Positions 1 to 12,830 of a stretch of DNA of 64,000 bases are shown piece after piece. The notes beneath the pieces are model-generated. The model saw only the letters and a list, made by a program, of their open reading frames with translations, ran no database searches and was not told where the DNA came from. Source of the DNA: Octopus sinensis (lineage: Eukaryota); contig NC_043010.1 in the NCBI RefSeq assembly GCF_006345805.1, positions 38,626,001 through 38,690,000 on the forward strand, read 5' to 3'. Every line of letters begins with the position of its first letter. Within the stretch, counting starts at the first letter, position 1. A program made the translations under genes and the position numbers.

Positions 1-43
1 ACAACGTTTCGGCTGATTTACTCTCCAGCCATCATCAGGTGTC
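1..43 (-). ncRNA. Minimal type I hammerhead ribozyme, cut off by the window edge
   Basis: Minus strand reads GACAC-CTGATGA-T-GGCTG(gagagtaaat)CAGCC-GAAAC-GTT-GT. This gives the canonical core, a 5-bp stem II, a palindromic ACGT stem III, a GUU triplet and the start of stem I. Confidence 0.75.
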
Positions 44-339
44 CTGGTAGAATTATTTCTACTTCAATTATTACATGGTTTTCTCTTATAGAAATATCAT
101 ATCATTGTCATTACTGTATAGATAAATAAAATAATACATACAACCCACTTATTATTGTCATATCATAAAGAAACACAAGTTCATGTATGATATTCATCTT
201 TCTTCTACTTTAATTATTACATGGTTTGTCTTCTAAAAATACACACAGTCAGGAGTAAATTATACATATAATACTTTCAATGTGGTCACGATAAACAGTA
301 AAAGAAATTACTGGATCAACGAAAGGGGTTTTTAGATCG

Positions 340-531
340 TTAACCACTACACACATTTTAATTCTCTCCTTGTTTTTTTCTGTGTCCCTTTCTGTAGAAG
401 AGTGTAGGCTCGAAACTTAAAAATCTTTTACTATTCCTGAGCGTTATACTAATACATCTGTTTGTTTTGTACACCACCTGTCTTCGTCTTTTGTATTTTT
501 CGTAAACTCTCATAAATGTTTCATAAAAAAA
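340..531 (+). mobile_element. Penelope-like pLTR-type repeat, family P1, with hammerhead-like motif at 388-423
   Basis: Homologous to 15000-15140, 17351-17540, 17768-17945, 36915-37070 and 56125-56270 (gaagagcgtaggctcgaaacg...ctaatacatctg...acaccacctgtcttcg). The PLE assignment is inferred from the HHR-like motif. Confidence 0.65.
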
Positions 532-690
532 AATAATTTACAAATGTCACTAAATGTGACTAGGTTGTTAGGAAACAACTAGATTCCTAGAAATAAGAGC
601 TAAACCGCTCTGGTGCTGTAGTCAACGTACATGAATGAAAGCATATGCACTAACAGGGATCATAATGTCCGAAAAGTGCCGATCGAGAAT

Positions 691-743
691 TCGTAATACT
701 AACGCGTCAGTTTCGGCAATTCCGTTGCCTCATCATTTAAGAC
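691..743 (-). ncRNA. Type I hammerhead ribozyme with C3A substitution
   Basis: Minus strand reads TCTTAA-ATGATGA-GGCAA(cggaa)TTGCC-GAA-ACTGAC(gc)GTTAGT-A-TTACGA. All three stems form and the triplet is GUA. Confidence 0.7.
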
Positions 744-963
744 AGCTTGAATGTTCGGCCCTTTCCGGACTCCTTTCACCATTAGTATATATATTTTCGT
801 CATCCAAATAATTGGATAATTTAGCGATTCTCTTATGTATGTGTATAAATTTAATATAAACAACTGTTTGGAATGTTTCACCAAATAAGGCGAATTATAA
901 ATGTTAGAAAATGTAACTACAATGTTAGGAAACACCTGCATTTCTAGAAAGTATTAAACGGCT

Positions 964-998
<35 letters not shown>

Positions 999-1043
999 AT
1001 GTGTATAATATATATATATTTGTATGTATAATAAGTGTATATA

Positions 1044-1078
<35 letters not shown>

Positions 1079-1092
1079 TGTGTATATATATA

Positions 1093-1428
1093 AAGTCAAG
1101 GTAGAAAATGCTAAAATAATATTATACAAAAACATTTCAGTACCGGTTTCAGTCATTGTAACTTTTTAACTGTATGGAAAACAATTAAATTTTGGACACA
1201 ACGGCCTCGAACCCACAAGAGTAAACAAAAGAGAGGCAGAGACAGACAGAAACAAGGAAAATACCCCTTGTATTTGAATACTATACAAATATTCTTTAAA
1301 AAAATTTTTCTTTTGATTCTTCCAAAATTTAATTGTTTTCCATACTTACAGTTGAAAAAGTTTCAATGCCTGAAACCGGTACTGAAATGATTTTTATAAA
1401 ATTATTTTAGCCTTTTCTACCTTGACTT
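1093..1428. repeat. Inverted repeat (arms 1093-1195 and 1322-1428), each arm carrying an HHR-like motif
   Basis: aagtcaaggtagaaaa...aaattttgg pairs with ccaaaattt...ttttctaccttgactt. Both arms contain GAAACCGGTACTG. Confidence 0.85.
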
Positions 1429-1470
1429 GTTTACATATATATCAACTCGTGTGTTCTTTTTCAACCTTCT

Positions 1471-1485
1471 ACACACACACACACA

Positions 1486-1584
<99 letters not shown>
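1471..1584. repeat. (CA)n plus (TA)n microsatellite
   Basis: Direct reading. Confidence 0.97.
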
Positions 1585-1599
1585 GAGTGTGTGTCAGTG

Positions 1600-1822
1600 A
1601 GTGTTTGTGTGTTTTTGCGTCTGCATGTCCCTCACTATCGCTTGACAACTGGGGTTGGTGTGCTTATCTCCTCGTAACGGAGCAGTTCAGTAAAAGAGAC
1701 CGATAGAGTAAGTACCCTGTTTAGAAAATAATAAGTACTATGCTCAATTCATTCGACTAAAAAATCCTTGAGGCTGTGCCCCAGCATGGTCGCAGTGTAA
1801 TGACTGAAGTAAGAGATAAAAG
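1600..1822 (+). mobile_element. SINE family 1, 3' half
   Basis: cgcttgacaac...gaccgatagagtaagtac...ggctgtgccccagcatggtcgcagt...gactgaag matches the full copies at 39178-39581 and 54448-54853. Confidence 0.8.
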
Positions 1823-2449
1823 CTAAAACTAAGCGATAAAAGCGTCAAGTTTACTTCCTAACCTCATCGACTTCACAGGGGTCCAAGAAAAACAACAAAA
1901 AAAGCAAAAACAAAATAAAAAAAACAAGCAAACAAATAGAAAATAACCTCAAACTCAAAAGGTACTGTTTCTTTTGAATTTCGCAATAACAAAAATAAAA
2001 ACTACAATATAAACAACATATTTCAAACTTAGGTGTTACGAACTCAGAACGAGTAAACATTTCTAATATTGGCGCGATGCCAGAAAATAGAAGAAAATTG
2101 TCTGCGCAGAAATTAACAGCTTACGTTATTGATTCTGTAATGACGATCATTAAACATTAAAAGACACATGAATACAGAAAGTTTCCAAAGGTCAGGCGGA
2201 GTGGGTTCGGTTTATTTAAACTTTGACATTAGGCATTTAAACATTTGCTTCACCGTAAACATATGTTTGCTGACTGAATGTGTTTACATTTTGAAAAATT
2301 TCATAACTCGTTGCGCCAAAATATAGATATATCACCGTGATTACCGTGACCGACCAGGCTATCAGATGTTGCTACACATCGCTGGTCACAATGCGCTTCA
2401 CATTGTTTTAGCCTTCAAATGACGCCACCCCGCTGGCTAAGCGACCAGG

Positions 2450-2486
<37 letters not shown>

Positions 2487-2648
2487 GAGTGCAAATGGCT
2501 TTTTTTACGGTGCCGTATTTTACGATCCTGTAAATAATGATAATGGTATTTTAATATAAACTTATAGCTTATGCCGATCACCGTACAATGACTAGGAAAA
2601 TAGTCTAGTAAAGGGGCATATAATCCCTCGACAGAAAAAAGAAGTCTA

Positions 2649-2687
<39 letters not shown>

Positions 2688-2735
2688 TATAGTATATATA
2701 TATTATATATATATATATATATACGTATGTATGTG

Positions 2736-2778
<43 letters not shown>

Positions 2779-2993
2779 TATATATATTCTTTATTTGTGA
2801 ATTAAGGCTACCATTGATTTCATGTGAAGAAGAGTAGAAAATATTTTAGTATCTTAAAATTTCAATCAAAGATACTAAGATATTTTCATACACTTCATAA
2901 AATGAAACCAATGGTAGTCTTAATTCGCAAATAAGAAATTATATATCCACCGATGCGGTGTGGAGTACTTGATCTATCATTCTGCATTTGCAT

Positions 2994-3024
2994 ATACATA
3001 CATACATACATACATACATGCACG

Positions 3025-3094
<70 letters not shown>

Positions 3095-3135
3095 CACACA
3101 CACACAAACGCACACACACACAAACACATACACAG
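2994..3135. repeat. (TACA)n/(CA)n microsatellite
   Basis: Direct reading. Explains the overlapping HT/CV-rich ORFs. Confidence 0.97.
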
Positions 3136-3283
3136 ACATGACAGAAGTAAATAGACACACCATAAAACATCGTTTTATGTTGATTCTAACTTGTAAATGT
3201 TTATATATATATATATATATATATATTTTTAATTGGTATTTTTATGTTTCAGGTTCTCTATATGACTGTTTAATCATGCCATA

Positions 3284-3428
3284 TGCATGTGGATCATTCT
3301 GAAGGTGGACGTAGTCAGCGGAAAATCGCAGAAAACCTTGGGATACAGATCTAGTCGCAAATCATTAATGAAATCTGCTTTTAAAAAGATAGCTTCCAAG
3401 CTGCATTTCCCGTTTTCAGTGCCGTGTA
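3284..3428 (+). pseudogene. Possible Tc1-like transposase N-terminal remnant
   Basis: Translates to MHVDHSEGGRSQRKIAENLGIQI, resembling the Tc1 HTH motif (G.SQR.IA..LGI). A TIR-like ttttcagtgccgtgTA lies at about 3413-3428. Confidence 0.35.
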
Positions 3429-4557
3429 TATTTATCAAATTAGTTTGACTCGAGAGTCCATAACAGCGTGAGGCATATACATGTAGTAATATCCCTTAAT
3501 ATAATGAATGTATTTATATTTAAAAGGGAAAATTATATATTTTGTATTAATTTTTTCCTCAACTGGTTTTTCACGCTGGCTACTTCATAAATTCTTATAT
3601 AGATGTTATCTTTATATATTACACACACACACACCACACGCGCGCACACATATATGTGTATGTATATCTATCTGTCTATCTGTCAGTCTGTCTCTCTATC
3701 TATCTATACACATACATACATGCATATAACTTCATATATATGCTGCGTGATCTTCGAGTAACCATGACATTCGGAGCAGCAACAACGAGTATATATTACA
3801 TTCGAATTCCTCTTGATTACTTTTTCTCTTCCTTATGGTTCCAAACGTCTTCCTTTCTCTCTTCCTTTCTCTTACCTCCTCCACAATTATATAATAGATA
3901 ATTATATATTTTTTCGGTTTATATATTCCATCTCCGAATCCGTGCAACATCCTTTCTAATAACGCCTTTTTGTTGCATAGCAACTGATCATTTAAATCGT
4001 TTCAAAGTCATTGGAAGAAAAATTCGAGACAAATCAACATTGCCACCGTCGCCATGTTTTCTTTAGTGAAGAAAAACATCGACTTTTGTTCATCAAAGAT
4101 AAATGATTAATCGTATTTGTTTTATTTGACTTTAATTATCTCATTCTGTTTAGTAATTAGAAGCCTTAATCTAGAAAGAGTGAAAGAATATAAGAAAGAA
4201 AATTTGAATTTAATATGAAGAAGGGAATGCTAATTTATAAAGGAGAATATATTTCTTTTTTTCTTCATAAGTTATTAATTAAAGCAATATCAGTAGATTA
4301 CTGTCAAATTATCATATAAATGTACACAAGCTCGAGGCCCTTGACGGGTGAAAATGAAAATGAATTGGTCCCAACAGATTTCATTAAGAATACTGAGGAT
4401 CAGTGATCATTAATAATAAAAAAAAATGAAAAACCAAGGAGAGAGATAAATAGAAAGAGTCACGTATAAGAATCTGGTCTGCTTCCTTGGAAAATTAAAA
4501 TATGAAATTGTGGCGGGAATGCTTTTCTAATTTTGTTAGTTTTTACATAATGATATA

Positions 4558-4785
4558 TATTTCTTTACTACCCACAAGGGGCTAAACACAGATGGGACAA
4601 ATAAGGACAGACAAACGGATTAAGTCGGTTACGTCGACCCCAGTGCGTAACTGGTACTTAATTTATCGATCCCGAGAGGATGAAAGGCAAAGTCGACCTC
4701 GGCGGAATTTGAACCCAGAACGTAACGGCAGACGAAATACGGCTACGCATTTCGCCCGGCGTGCTAACGTTTCTGCCAGCTCGCC
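4558..4785 (-). mobile_element. SINE family 2, tail-2 subfamily, full length with 18-bp TSD
   Basis: tRNA-like head (ggcgagctggcagaaacgttagc...gggttcaaattccgcc) and central gcctttcatcct.cggg.tcgataaattaagtaccag domain. TSD tttttacataatgatata at 4540-4557 and 4786-4803. Confidence 0.9.
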
Positions 4786-5223
4786 TTTTTACATAATGAT
4801 ATACTGAAGTTGAGACGTTCAAAGAAGTTCAGCATGCGTTCGAATCCTGCTGAGCTCTGTTTAGATTTTTGTCTCAAAGGAAATAATAGACAAACGTATA
4901 ATAAAACGCATGCTATTGGTGACCCTTTCGCTTTTTAGAAGTAATATGTCCTTAGAAAATATAACCTCAACTGGCCCTTAAAAAGTAATTCAGGCGTTAG
5001 GGAAATTTAGCTGCTATTAATGGAAAGTCGGGCAACCATGTAGAAGCACTTCTTTTGATCGAACATCTATTAGTTTCGTACTGGGGTTGGTTAAGCTGTG
5101 CCCCCAAAGATCTGGAAGTTTTTGCTCATACAAAAAATTATCATTGATATCCAGACGAACCTTTGCAAAACAATTGAGTAAAGTAATCTTTTGTGTTTTC
5201 TCGTAGACTTGGAGGGTGACCGA

Positions 5224-5302
<79 letters not shown>
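5224..5302. repeat. (TATC)n microsatellite
   Basis: Direct reading. Confidence 0.97.
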
Positions 5303-5450
5303 TTCTCTCTCTCTCCTTATCTTTGTCTCTATAAAATCTTTCTCTTTCCTGATTTCTTTCTCACTCTCACCTCTCTTCCTCGTTATCTCTTTCTCTCACT
5401 CTCTATTTGTCTGTCTATCTGTATAATGATCTATCTTTTTCTCTATCTAT

Positions 5451-5816
5451 CTCCGTCGGTTATGACGACGAGGGTTCCAGCTGATCCGATCAACAGAACA
5501 GCCTGCTCGTGAAATTAACGTGCAAGTGGCTGAGCACTCCACAGACACGTGTACCCTTAACTTATCTCTCAGGGAGATTCTACGTGACACAGAGTGTGAC
5601 AAAGCTGGTCCTTTGAAATACAGATACAACAGAAACAAGAATGAAAGTTGTGGTGAAAGAGTACAGCAGAGTTCGCCACAGACCCCTGCCAGATCCGCGT
5701 GAAAATGTTAGGTGTTTTCGCTCAATAAACACTCACAACGTCCAGTCAGGGACTCGAAATTGCAATCCCAAGACCACGTGTCCGCTGCCCTAACCACTGG
5801 GTCATTGAGTCTCCAC
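5451..5816 (-). mobile_element. tRNA-derived SINE, head A + tail X
   Basis: Minus strand starts tgtggagactcaatgacccagtggttagggcagcgg (A/B-box-like) and ends ...ccctcgtcgtcataaccgacgg. The tail is shared with 31454-31773. Confidence 0.85.
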
Positions 5817-6263
5817 ATCTATCTATAGATCTAGTTATCTATGAGCAACTCTTTTTCATATCTAGAAATACACACACGCACACACATATACATACACATA
5901 TGCAAGTACACTTACAAGATAAACAGGATCATACACCAACGCCTAAAATTTTCGTTCAGCTAGCAGTTTTGTATAGATTACCATAGAGTTCTCAACGAGT
6001 TGAAAGGAATCTTTTCAATCCCTCGCATGAATATACCAAATACAGTAAAGCCAAAACAACAACATATATCTTCTTACACGAAATCTTTATTTTTGGATAG
6101 TTATTCTGTTTACTTTGTAAACGTTATATACACAGCATTACACGAATGAAATATGAGAGATTGCGGAGTACTTTTATGATTTCGTGTCACTATATCACAA
6201 GCGCAATACATTCACACGCATATACCCGTATATACAGTCATACATACGTATATACACATATTC

Positions 6264-6317
<54 letters not shown>

Positions 6318-6605
6318 ATATATATTATGCACATACATATATATATGCACATACATATATGCAAGAATATGAAAAGATACATTCATATATATGTGTAAAT
6401 ATGTATACACAAACACACACACCACATACACATCGGCAGAAAATTTAGAAAAGTAATGAAGTTCCGAGGACTTCCTACAAAGCGCTTATCATGTCAAGGG
6501 AAAAAATATATACTCATGTATTAGGTTCCATTTCTCCTGTTTGTTCCTCCAAACCTATGTATTCATAATAACTGCCTCTCTGTCTGTCTGTCTGTCCGTC
6601 AGTCC

Positions 6606-6606
<1 letters not shown>

Positions 6607-6688
<82 letters not shown>

Positions 6689-6847
6689 ACTATCTACCTA
6701 TCTATCTACCTACCTATCTATCTATCTATCTCTATCATCTATCTCTCTATCTATCTATCTATCTATCTATCTATCCATCCATCCATCCATCCATCCATCA
6801 ATCCACCTACCTACCTACTTACCTACCTACGCTTGCTTTTCATGTGA

Positions 6848-6910
<63 letters not shown>
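6607..6910. repeat. Compound (TATC)/(TCCA)/(TACC)/(TA) microsatellite
   Basis: Direct reading. Confidence 0.95.
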
Positions 6911-6911
<1 letters not shown>

Positions 6912-7063
6912 CAATATAATATTAAGCCGAAAGATCCTCAACAGTAGTAGAATACTTGTTTATTAAAGCTTTACAAGCAAAAAGTTGGTGCAGCTTCCTC
7001 CTCACCTTCTTCAGACTGTCACAGGGAACCGTACCATTGAAGTCACAATCAAAAGTTTGCTTG

Positions 7064-7097
<34 letters not shown>

Positions 7098-7340
7098 TAT
7101 ATAATATATTATATATATATATATATATTATATGTATATACATATATATATATATATATATAATTATATATATATATATGTATTCTATACATAGATATAT
7201 TATATATATATATATATATGATATATATAGAATGCATATATATATATATGTGTATGTATATATATCTTTATATATATATAGACAGGTGAGTAGAAAACAA
7301 CAGTATTAGTATAACGCCCAGGAATTGAGAAAGTCTTTAC

Positions 7341-7592
7341 ATCTGCCCTATTTAACATTGTCCCGAGGAGATCAAAGAGGAAAAGATCCCATCAACTTCA
7401 ACAGAGTCTGGATAGATTCCTTCAAATAATACCAGACAAGCCACCCATAATTGGATACAACTCACCCAACAAGAACTCACTACTTGAACAAAACTTGACT
7501 TAAACAGGATTCGAATAATCCTATCAGTGGTGCATTAAGTTAGACATGGCCTGGACCAATCTCTGGTCGAAACATATCTAATTTTATCTAAG
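7341..7592 (+). mobile_element. CR1/L2-group LINE 3' end (ORF2 C-terminus and 3' UTR)
   Basis: Translates to ...SLDRFLQIIPDKPPIIGYNSPNKNSLLE. Same motif as 32140-32530 and 60690-61145. Conserved tail ggtgc.ttaagttaga. Confidence 0.75.
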
Positions 7593-7603
7593 TTTTATAT
7601 ATA

Positions 7604-7720
<117 letters not shown>

Positions 7721-7946
7721 TATGTATATATATATATGTCTGTCTGTCTGTTTATCTGTCTATATAAACACTTTTATACTATATTTGCTTTCCTGAGCTT
7801 CAGTGAAGTCTCTGGTACACTCTAAAATGTGAGTATGGACGAGATATAAGTTGCAACTTTCATGACTTAACTTCGATTAATATATCATAATAGCGATTAG
7901 TTAAATTCTTCACAAACTATAAACAAGTTGCTAATGTCTATGATTT

Positions 7947-8188
7947 GGAGGCGCGTGGCTTAGTAGCTAGGGTGGTGGACACACGATCGTAAGATTGTGG
8001 TTTCGATTCTTGGACAGGGCAATGCGGTGAGTAAAACACTTCTTTTCGCATTGCTCCAGATCACTCTGCCAGAAAAAAATGAGTAACTCTGTGACAGACT
8101 ACCGTCACATCCAGCTGAGGAATATGTGGGTTACGGAAACTGAAAACCGGACCTATGAGTCCTGGGAAGGATCTTTATTATTCATTTT
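7947..8188 (+). mobile_element. tRNA-derived SINE, head B, with TSD
   Basis: ggaggcgcgtggcttagtagctaggg...gtttcgattc. TSD taatgtctatgat at 7932-7944 and 8189-8201. Confidence 0.85.
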
Positions 8189-9272
8189 TAATGTCTATGA
8201 TATTTGGCAATATGAATATCAATTTAAGGCAGCAAATAGAAGCGCGCTGACCGAGCACAAATCAGAACGCCTCCATTGTGTGGGCAGTTACTTGAATAGA
8301 GTATGCTGCTATCGCTGAATGAATGGCAAATTCTCTTGTAAAAATAAGTTTTTATCTTTCAGAAATAGCAGAAACAATTTATAGTACTTAATTTGAGAAG
8401 ACAGAATGACCAGTACATTATTGCATAATCGATAAAGTAGTCATCTTACAGGAAATCAATGCATGCTCAGTGTTTCCCGTGAGTGGGTCTGTTGATTAAA
8501 AACAATAACAGAAGTAAACATTTTCATGAATATAGTGTATAAACTATTTATATCATTCGCCTGTTTAGATACTGTTACTGTCAAATAATGGATGATTTAA
8601 ACACAGAGGCAATCCCAATCAAAGTTTGGGGCTGTCAAATTTAATATTCTTTTTCAAGGAATTTTGAAATAAAAATTTTTGTTTTATGTAGCGAGTCCAG
8701 TAGCCATCTAACGCTTTTAAATAGCTCTTTTCTCGTGGGAAGTTAGCACTCATAATAACTGTTTTATTTAGCAAAATTGTTCTCGTACAGAATTGAGAGA
8801 GATCATTAATATTTTATTTCTCATGTAAGTATGTTTTGAATTTTCTTGTAGAAAATGCGAAATAAAATACATCACTATTAATTTGCGATGGGTTTTCATG
8901 AAATCTCTCAATTTTAAACCGGAACTAGCCGCATGTAAGTAGAAAACTAAGTATTTTATTTTAGTATTTTTTTTTTGCGGAAAAACGAAATATTATTTAC
9001 TTTGTTCTTGGTTTAAACTTTCAACTTTTGACCGCAAATAGAAACAGGTAAATAGCCATGATTGTTTTTGTGTTTTGTTAGGGAAAATACGAAATAAAAT
9101 AATTCCATAGTTATTTTGAAATTTCTTATTGAATATAGAATAGACAAACATTTAATTTAGACCAGGTGCAGAAACAGGTAAATGGCTATCTCTGATCCAT
9201 TGCAAGAGAGTGAAAGAAAGAGCGAAAGAGAGAGAGAGAGAGAGAGAGAACAAAAATACATTTGGCTAGACA

Positions 9273-9468
9273 TTCTTTTCTACTCTTTGAGGGAGTGGGG
9301 CCAGTCAATTAGATCGACCCCAGTACGCAACTGTTACTTAAATTATCGACCCTGAAAGGATGAAAGGCAAAGTCGACCTCGGCGGAATTTGAACTTAGAG
9401 CGTAGCGGCAGGCAAAATACCGCTAAGCATTTCGTTCGGTGTGCTAACAACTCTACCATCTCGTCGCC
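9273..9468 (-). mobile_element. SINE family 2, tail-1 subfamily
   Basis: ttcttttctactct...gatcgaccccagtacgc...ggcggaatttgaac...gctaagcatttcg. Confidence 0.85.
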
Positions 9469-9887
9469 CTACATTTGGCTAAACTGTTTTATAGGTTTCT
9501 TTTTTGATTCTTTCCAGTTTGCAACTCACTATATTCCATTATCTGATGATCTCAGCAAGCAATATTTTATGGGGGATCAGCGTTTGATGTTATTGAGGAA
9601 TGCAGACACTAACATATCAACAATATGGATCTCAAATCTGCTTGACAATTGACTGCATGAACGAGTGGATGAGTGATTGGTTAAACTTCCGTTTACACTG
9701 ATTGCTTGAGAGGATAATTTAGCATTAAGTATGGTATGTGAGATGCATTAAAAAGATAACGTAAATTAGTCTTTGCACTTTAGGTTTTGTATTCATCGTT
9801 AGTCGGTAGAAAAAAAGATAAATTATAAAAGATAAATTATAATAATTTTCTTTTATCAGTTTACGAACTGTAAATTATCCCACCATC

Positions 9888-10265
9888 ATGTCGCAGAAGA
9901 GAAAGCGGAATCCTTATGATGTGAAATTAAAGCGAAAAGTAATGCGCCATTCCAAATAAACTCAAAGCGCGCGACGAAACGGAAGAGACTGACGATCAAA
10001 GAAAGACAAACACAGAAACAACGGCTCGTTTCACTTTGTGTAAAAACTAAGAACAGTTTTGGCTCCACTTAACGAAACAGAAAGTAAAGTGGTGGAATAG
10101 ATTCTCGAACTTCGATTCAATAGGTTATACTGTAACACGTGCAACTACTCGGCTTCCATTTCTGCAAATTATCAAAGAAAAAGAAAGTGCAACGCAGCGA
10201 ATTTACGACGTGAACCTGCTGACGCTGTCGTTTTTATGAACCGCTATGATTTCTAACCTCGTCTT
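9888..10265 (+). pseudogene. Decayed pogo/Tigger-type transposase N-terminus
   Basis: MSQKRKRNPYDVKLKRKVMRH, then QKQRLVSLCVKTKNSFG and FMNRYDF. These resemble the Brinker-type DBD and CENP-B HTH of pogo transposases. Stops and frameshifts present. Confidence 0.5.
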
Positions 10266-11073
10266 AAAACGGGGTCAAAGTAAAATACCCCAGATTAAGG
10301 GAGGGAGGGAGGGAGGGTATTCCATCTAATTTGTGAATATATATATATATATATATATAAATATGTATATAAATATGTATGTATGTATATATATATATGT
10401 ACGTATATATATATATATAAATATATACGTACACACACAAACACACAAACATATATATATGTATATATATATACAGGGACACACACATATACGTATCAAT
10501 ACACACGTCCACACACAAACATATATAGATATGCGTATACATACGTTTATATATACACACGCACATATATATATTCGCACAGACAGATATATTGATTTCC
10601 GAAGTGGAAACTAATTGCTTTCTTATTCAGTTTTTGCAATATTTATTATCTGTCCACCTGTAATCGATTAAATCAGAGTTAGTAAGACGCAAGGAATTGG
10701 GTTATATACATACATACATACATACATACATACATACATACATACATAATAATACATATACACATATCTAAAGATATACACATATAGATACACTAAACAC
10801 ATAATCTCGAAAAGTTGAAGTGTTTCAGGCTAAAAAAACGCATATTATGGAAATTGCCTTCCTCGGCAAAATTATGAAAGTTGCAAAACTCTTCTGAAAT
10901 GAAGCGTGGAAACTTTTTTTGTCTTTTTAATTCTATCTCTTGCATATAAAATGGACGCGTCGCCGGTCCGTCACAACGTGAAATGAAGTGTTTTACTTAA
11001 GAACACAACGCGTTGCCAGGTCAAGGAATTGAAACCACAATCTTATGATCATGAAGGTTGACCGAATCAATAA

Positions 11074-11388
11074 GTGGAGGCACATGGCCTAGTGGTTAGA
11101 GCAGCGGACCCGCGGTCGAGGGATCGTGGGTTCAAATCTTAGACCGGGCGATGTGTGTGTTTATGAGCGAAAACACCTAAGCTCCACGCCTCTCTGGCAG
11201 AAGGTAATGGCGAGCTTCTGCTGACTCTTTTGCCACAACCTTCTCTCAGTCTTTCCTCTTGCATCTTGCGGCTCACCTGCGACGGACCGGTGTCCCGTTC
11301 AGGTGGGGAACCCATACGCGAAAGAAACCGGGAAACCGGCCCTTATAAGCCAGGGATGGCTCGAGAAAGAACAAACAAACAAAACAAC
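11074..11388 (+). mobile_element. tRNA-derived SINE, head A + tail Y
   Basis: gtggaggcacatggcctagtggttagagcagcgg...gggttcaaatc; tail ctgcgacggaccggtgtcccgttcagg...gaaaccgggaaaccggccc. Confidence 0.85.
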
Positions 11389-11444
11389 CTAACTACTAAG
11401 CCACACGCATCCACAGTGACAAGCAGAGGCTCTCTTAATAATTC

Positions 11445-11580
11445 TTTCTACTGGAGGTACAAGGCCTCAAAAATTTTGGGGTCGGGACTTCGACGGAATT
11501 TGAACTCAGATGGCATGGGCGGGCGAAATGCCGCTATCCATTTTGCCTGGTGTGCTAACGATTCTTTCAGCTCTCCGCCT
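11445..11580 (-). mobile_element. SINE family 2, internally deleted
   Basis: Head and tail-1 motifs present; central domain missing. Confidence 0.65.
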
Positions 11581-12029
11581 TTCAAAACTTAATGATAATA
11601 TTAACACGAAGTATACCCTCCGTGGGACTCGGGACTATTTGTGCCACGTCACATCTCGCAGGCTACGCTGTTGCAATCGAAGAACAGAAGATAGCTAAGA
11701 AATACCTAGGGGACAAATGAGACAGCAAATACCTTTCATTCCCAAGATAAAATCGTAACTATCGAATATTATCTCTCCTTTGTGATGGTCATAATACATG
11801 TAATCAACAGGGGGAAATTTCCGACCTAATGCATTAGTAGAATATCATCTATCTTGGAAGGATAAATGGCAAAGATGAATGACTTCGGTACCGTTGCTTA
11901 TACTCATTTCTATAATAGATAAATGGATCCGTAATTGTCGGCAGCTGAAGAGTATCATCAAATAAATCTACTCCATTGGTTTATTGCTATTTGGTTCATC
12001 CAGGCTATGAGCAAAATTCGACATCACCG

Positions 12030-12830
12030 AAGTTAATGAGGCTACCTCTGCGAGGTCATTCGATCGGACAGAAAGAGCAGTCAAATCTGCCTGAAATCAG
12101 GCTGTGCTAGCTTATAAGAGAACACAGTCCATAATGCGGTCTTGCATGCCTATAAAAAAAAAACAAAGACGAATTGGTCGTGGTTGGAATGTCTTCAATA
12201 ATAAGGCTGCTCGATCGGGGATAACATGAGGCTAAACATCAACACCAGCAACAGCAATAACACCACCAGCACGAACAAACGGAAAAGAATCCTCAGAAGA
12301 AACCTCTGTGATATAGTTCGACTTATTAAAAATAAAAGCCAAATCTTCAAATCACTGCTATTTGAAAAAAGTTCATATTGTATGATGTAGATGCACTCTA
12401 CAAATACGTGATTGTCATGTCTGGAATGTCTTTGATCATGATCTCCTCGATCAGGGCTAACCTATGGTTAAAATCACAAAAAATTATTTACGAGATAGAA
12501 AGAACGTAATCAACTAAACACTTCGGTACATTTTAAATTCGATCCATCAGTTTTATGTTTAAAGCAACGAGTATTTTAGTACTAACCACTAGGCATCCGC
12601 TCTAGTAGCTGGACATAGCAGCCAAATATTAGTCAAATCAAATTTTATTAACTCAAGACAATGGAGGACATATCAAATATCATAATGTTCTTCAAGATGC
12701 GTAATAAGTGGCTAAAAACAACAACAAAAATCAACAAACGTATTAATCCGTGATAATAATGACTGGATCATCTTAAATCATCAGGCTGATTTATCAAAGA
12801 TAACTTCAGATAAAACAACGTCAACAACTC
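12030..12830 (+). mobile_element. Three tandem, diverged copies of an old SINE-like family
   Basis: Recurring ggaatgtctt.gatcat...ctcgatcagggctaac...ggctaaacaac and agcagccaaat motifs near 12180, 12420 and 12760. Related fragments at about 46075 and 60370 (minus). Confidence 0.6.

Noticed and set aside
6985-7020. Minus-strand CTGAAGA-AGGTG...CACC
   Set aside because: No GAAA or stem III follows. At most a heavily decayed remnant.
8452-8478. Possible 27-nt plus-strand exon (cttacag|EINACSVFP|gtgagt)
   Set aside because: No corroborating exons or domain match.
11074-11150. tRNA-like sequences at SINE heads (also 7947, 29211, 31807 and others)
   Set aside because: They continue into SINE bodies and lack complete cloverleaf acceptor stems, so they are not tRNA genes.
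12030-12830. Repeat-spacer-like periodicity suggestive of an array
   Set aside because: The spacers are homologous to each other. These are tandem old SINE copies, not a CRISPR-like array.
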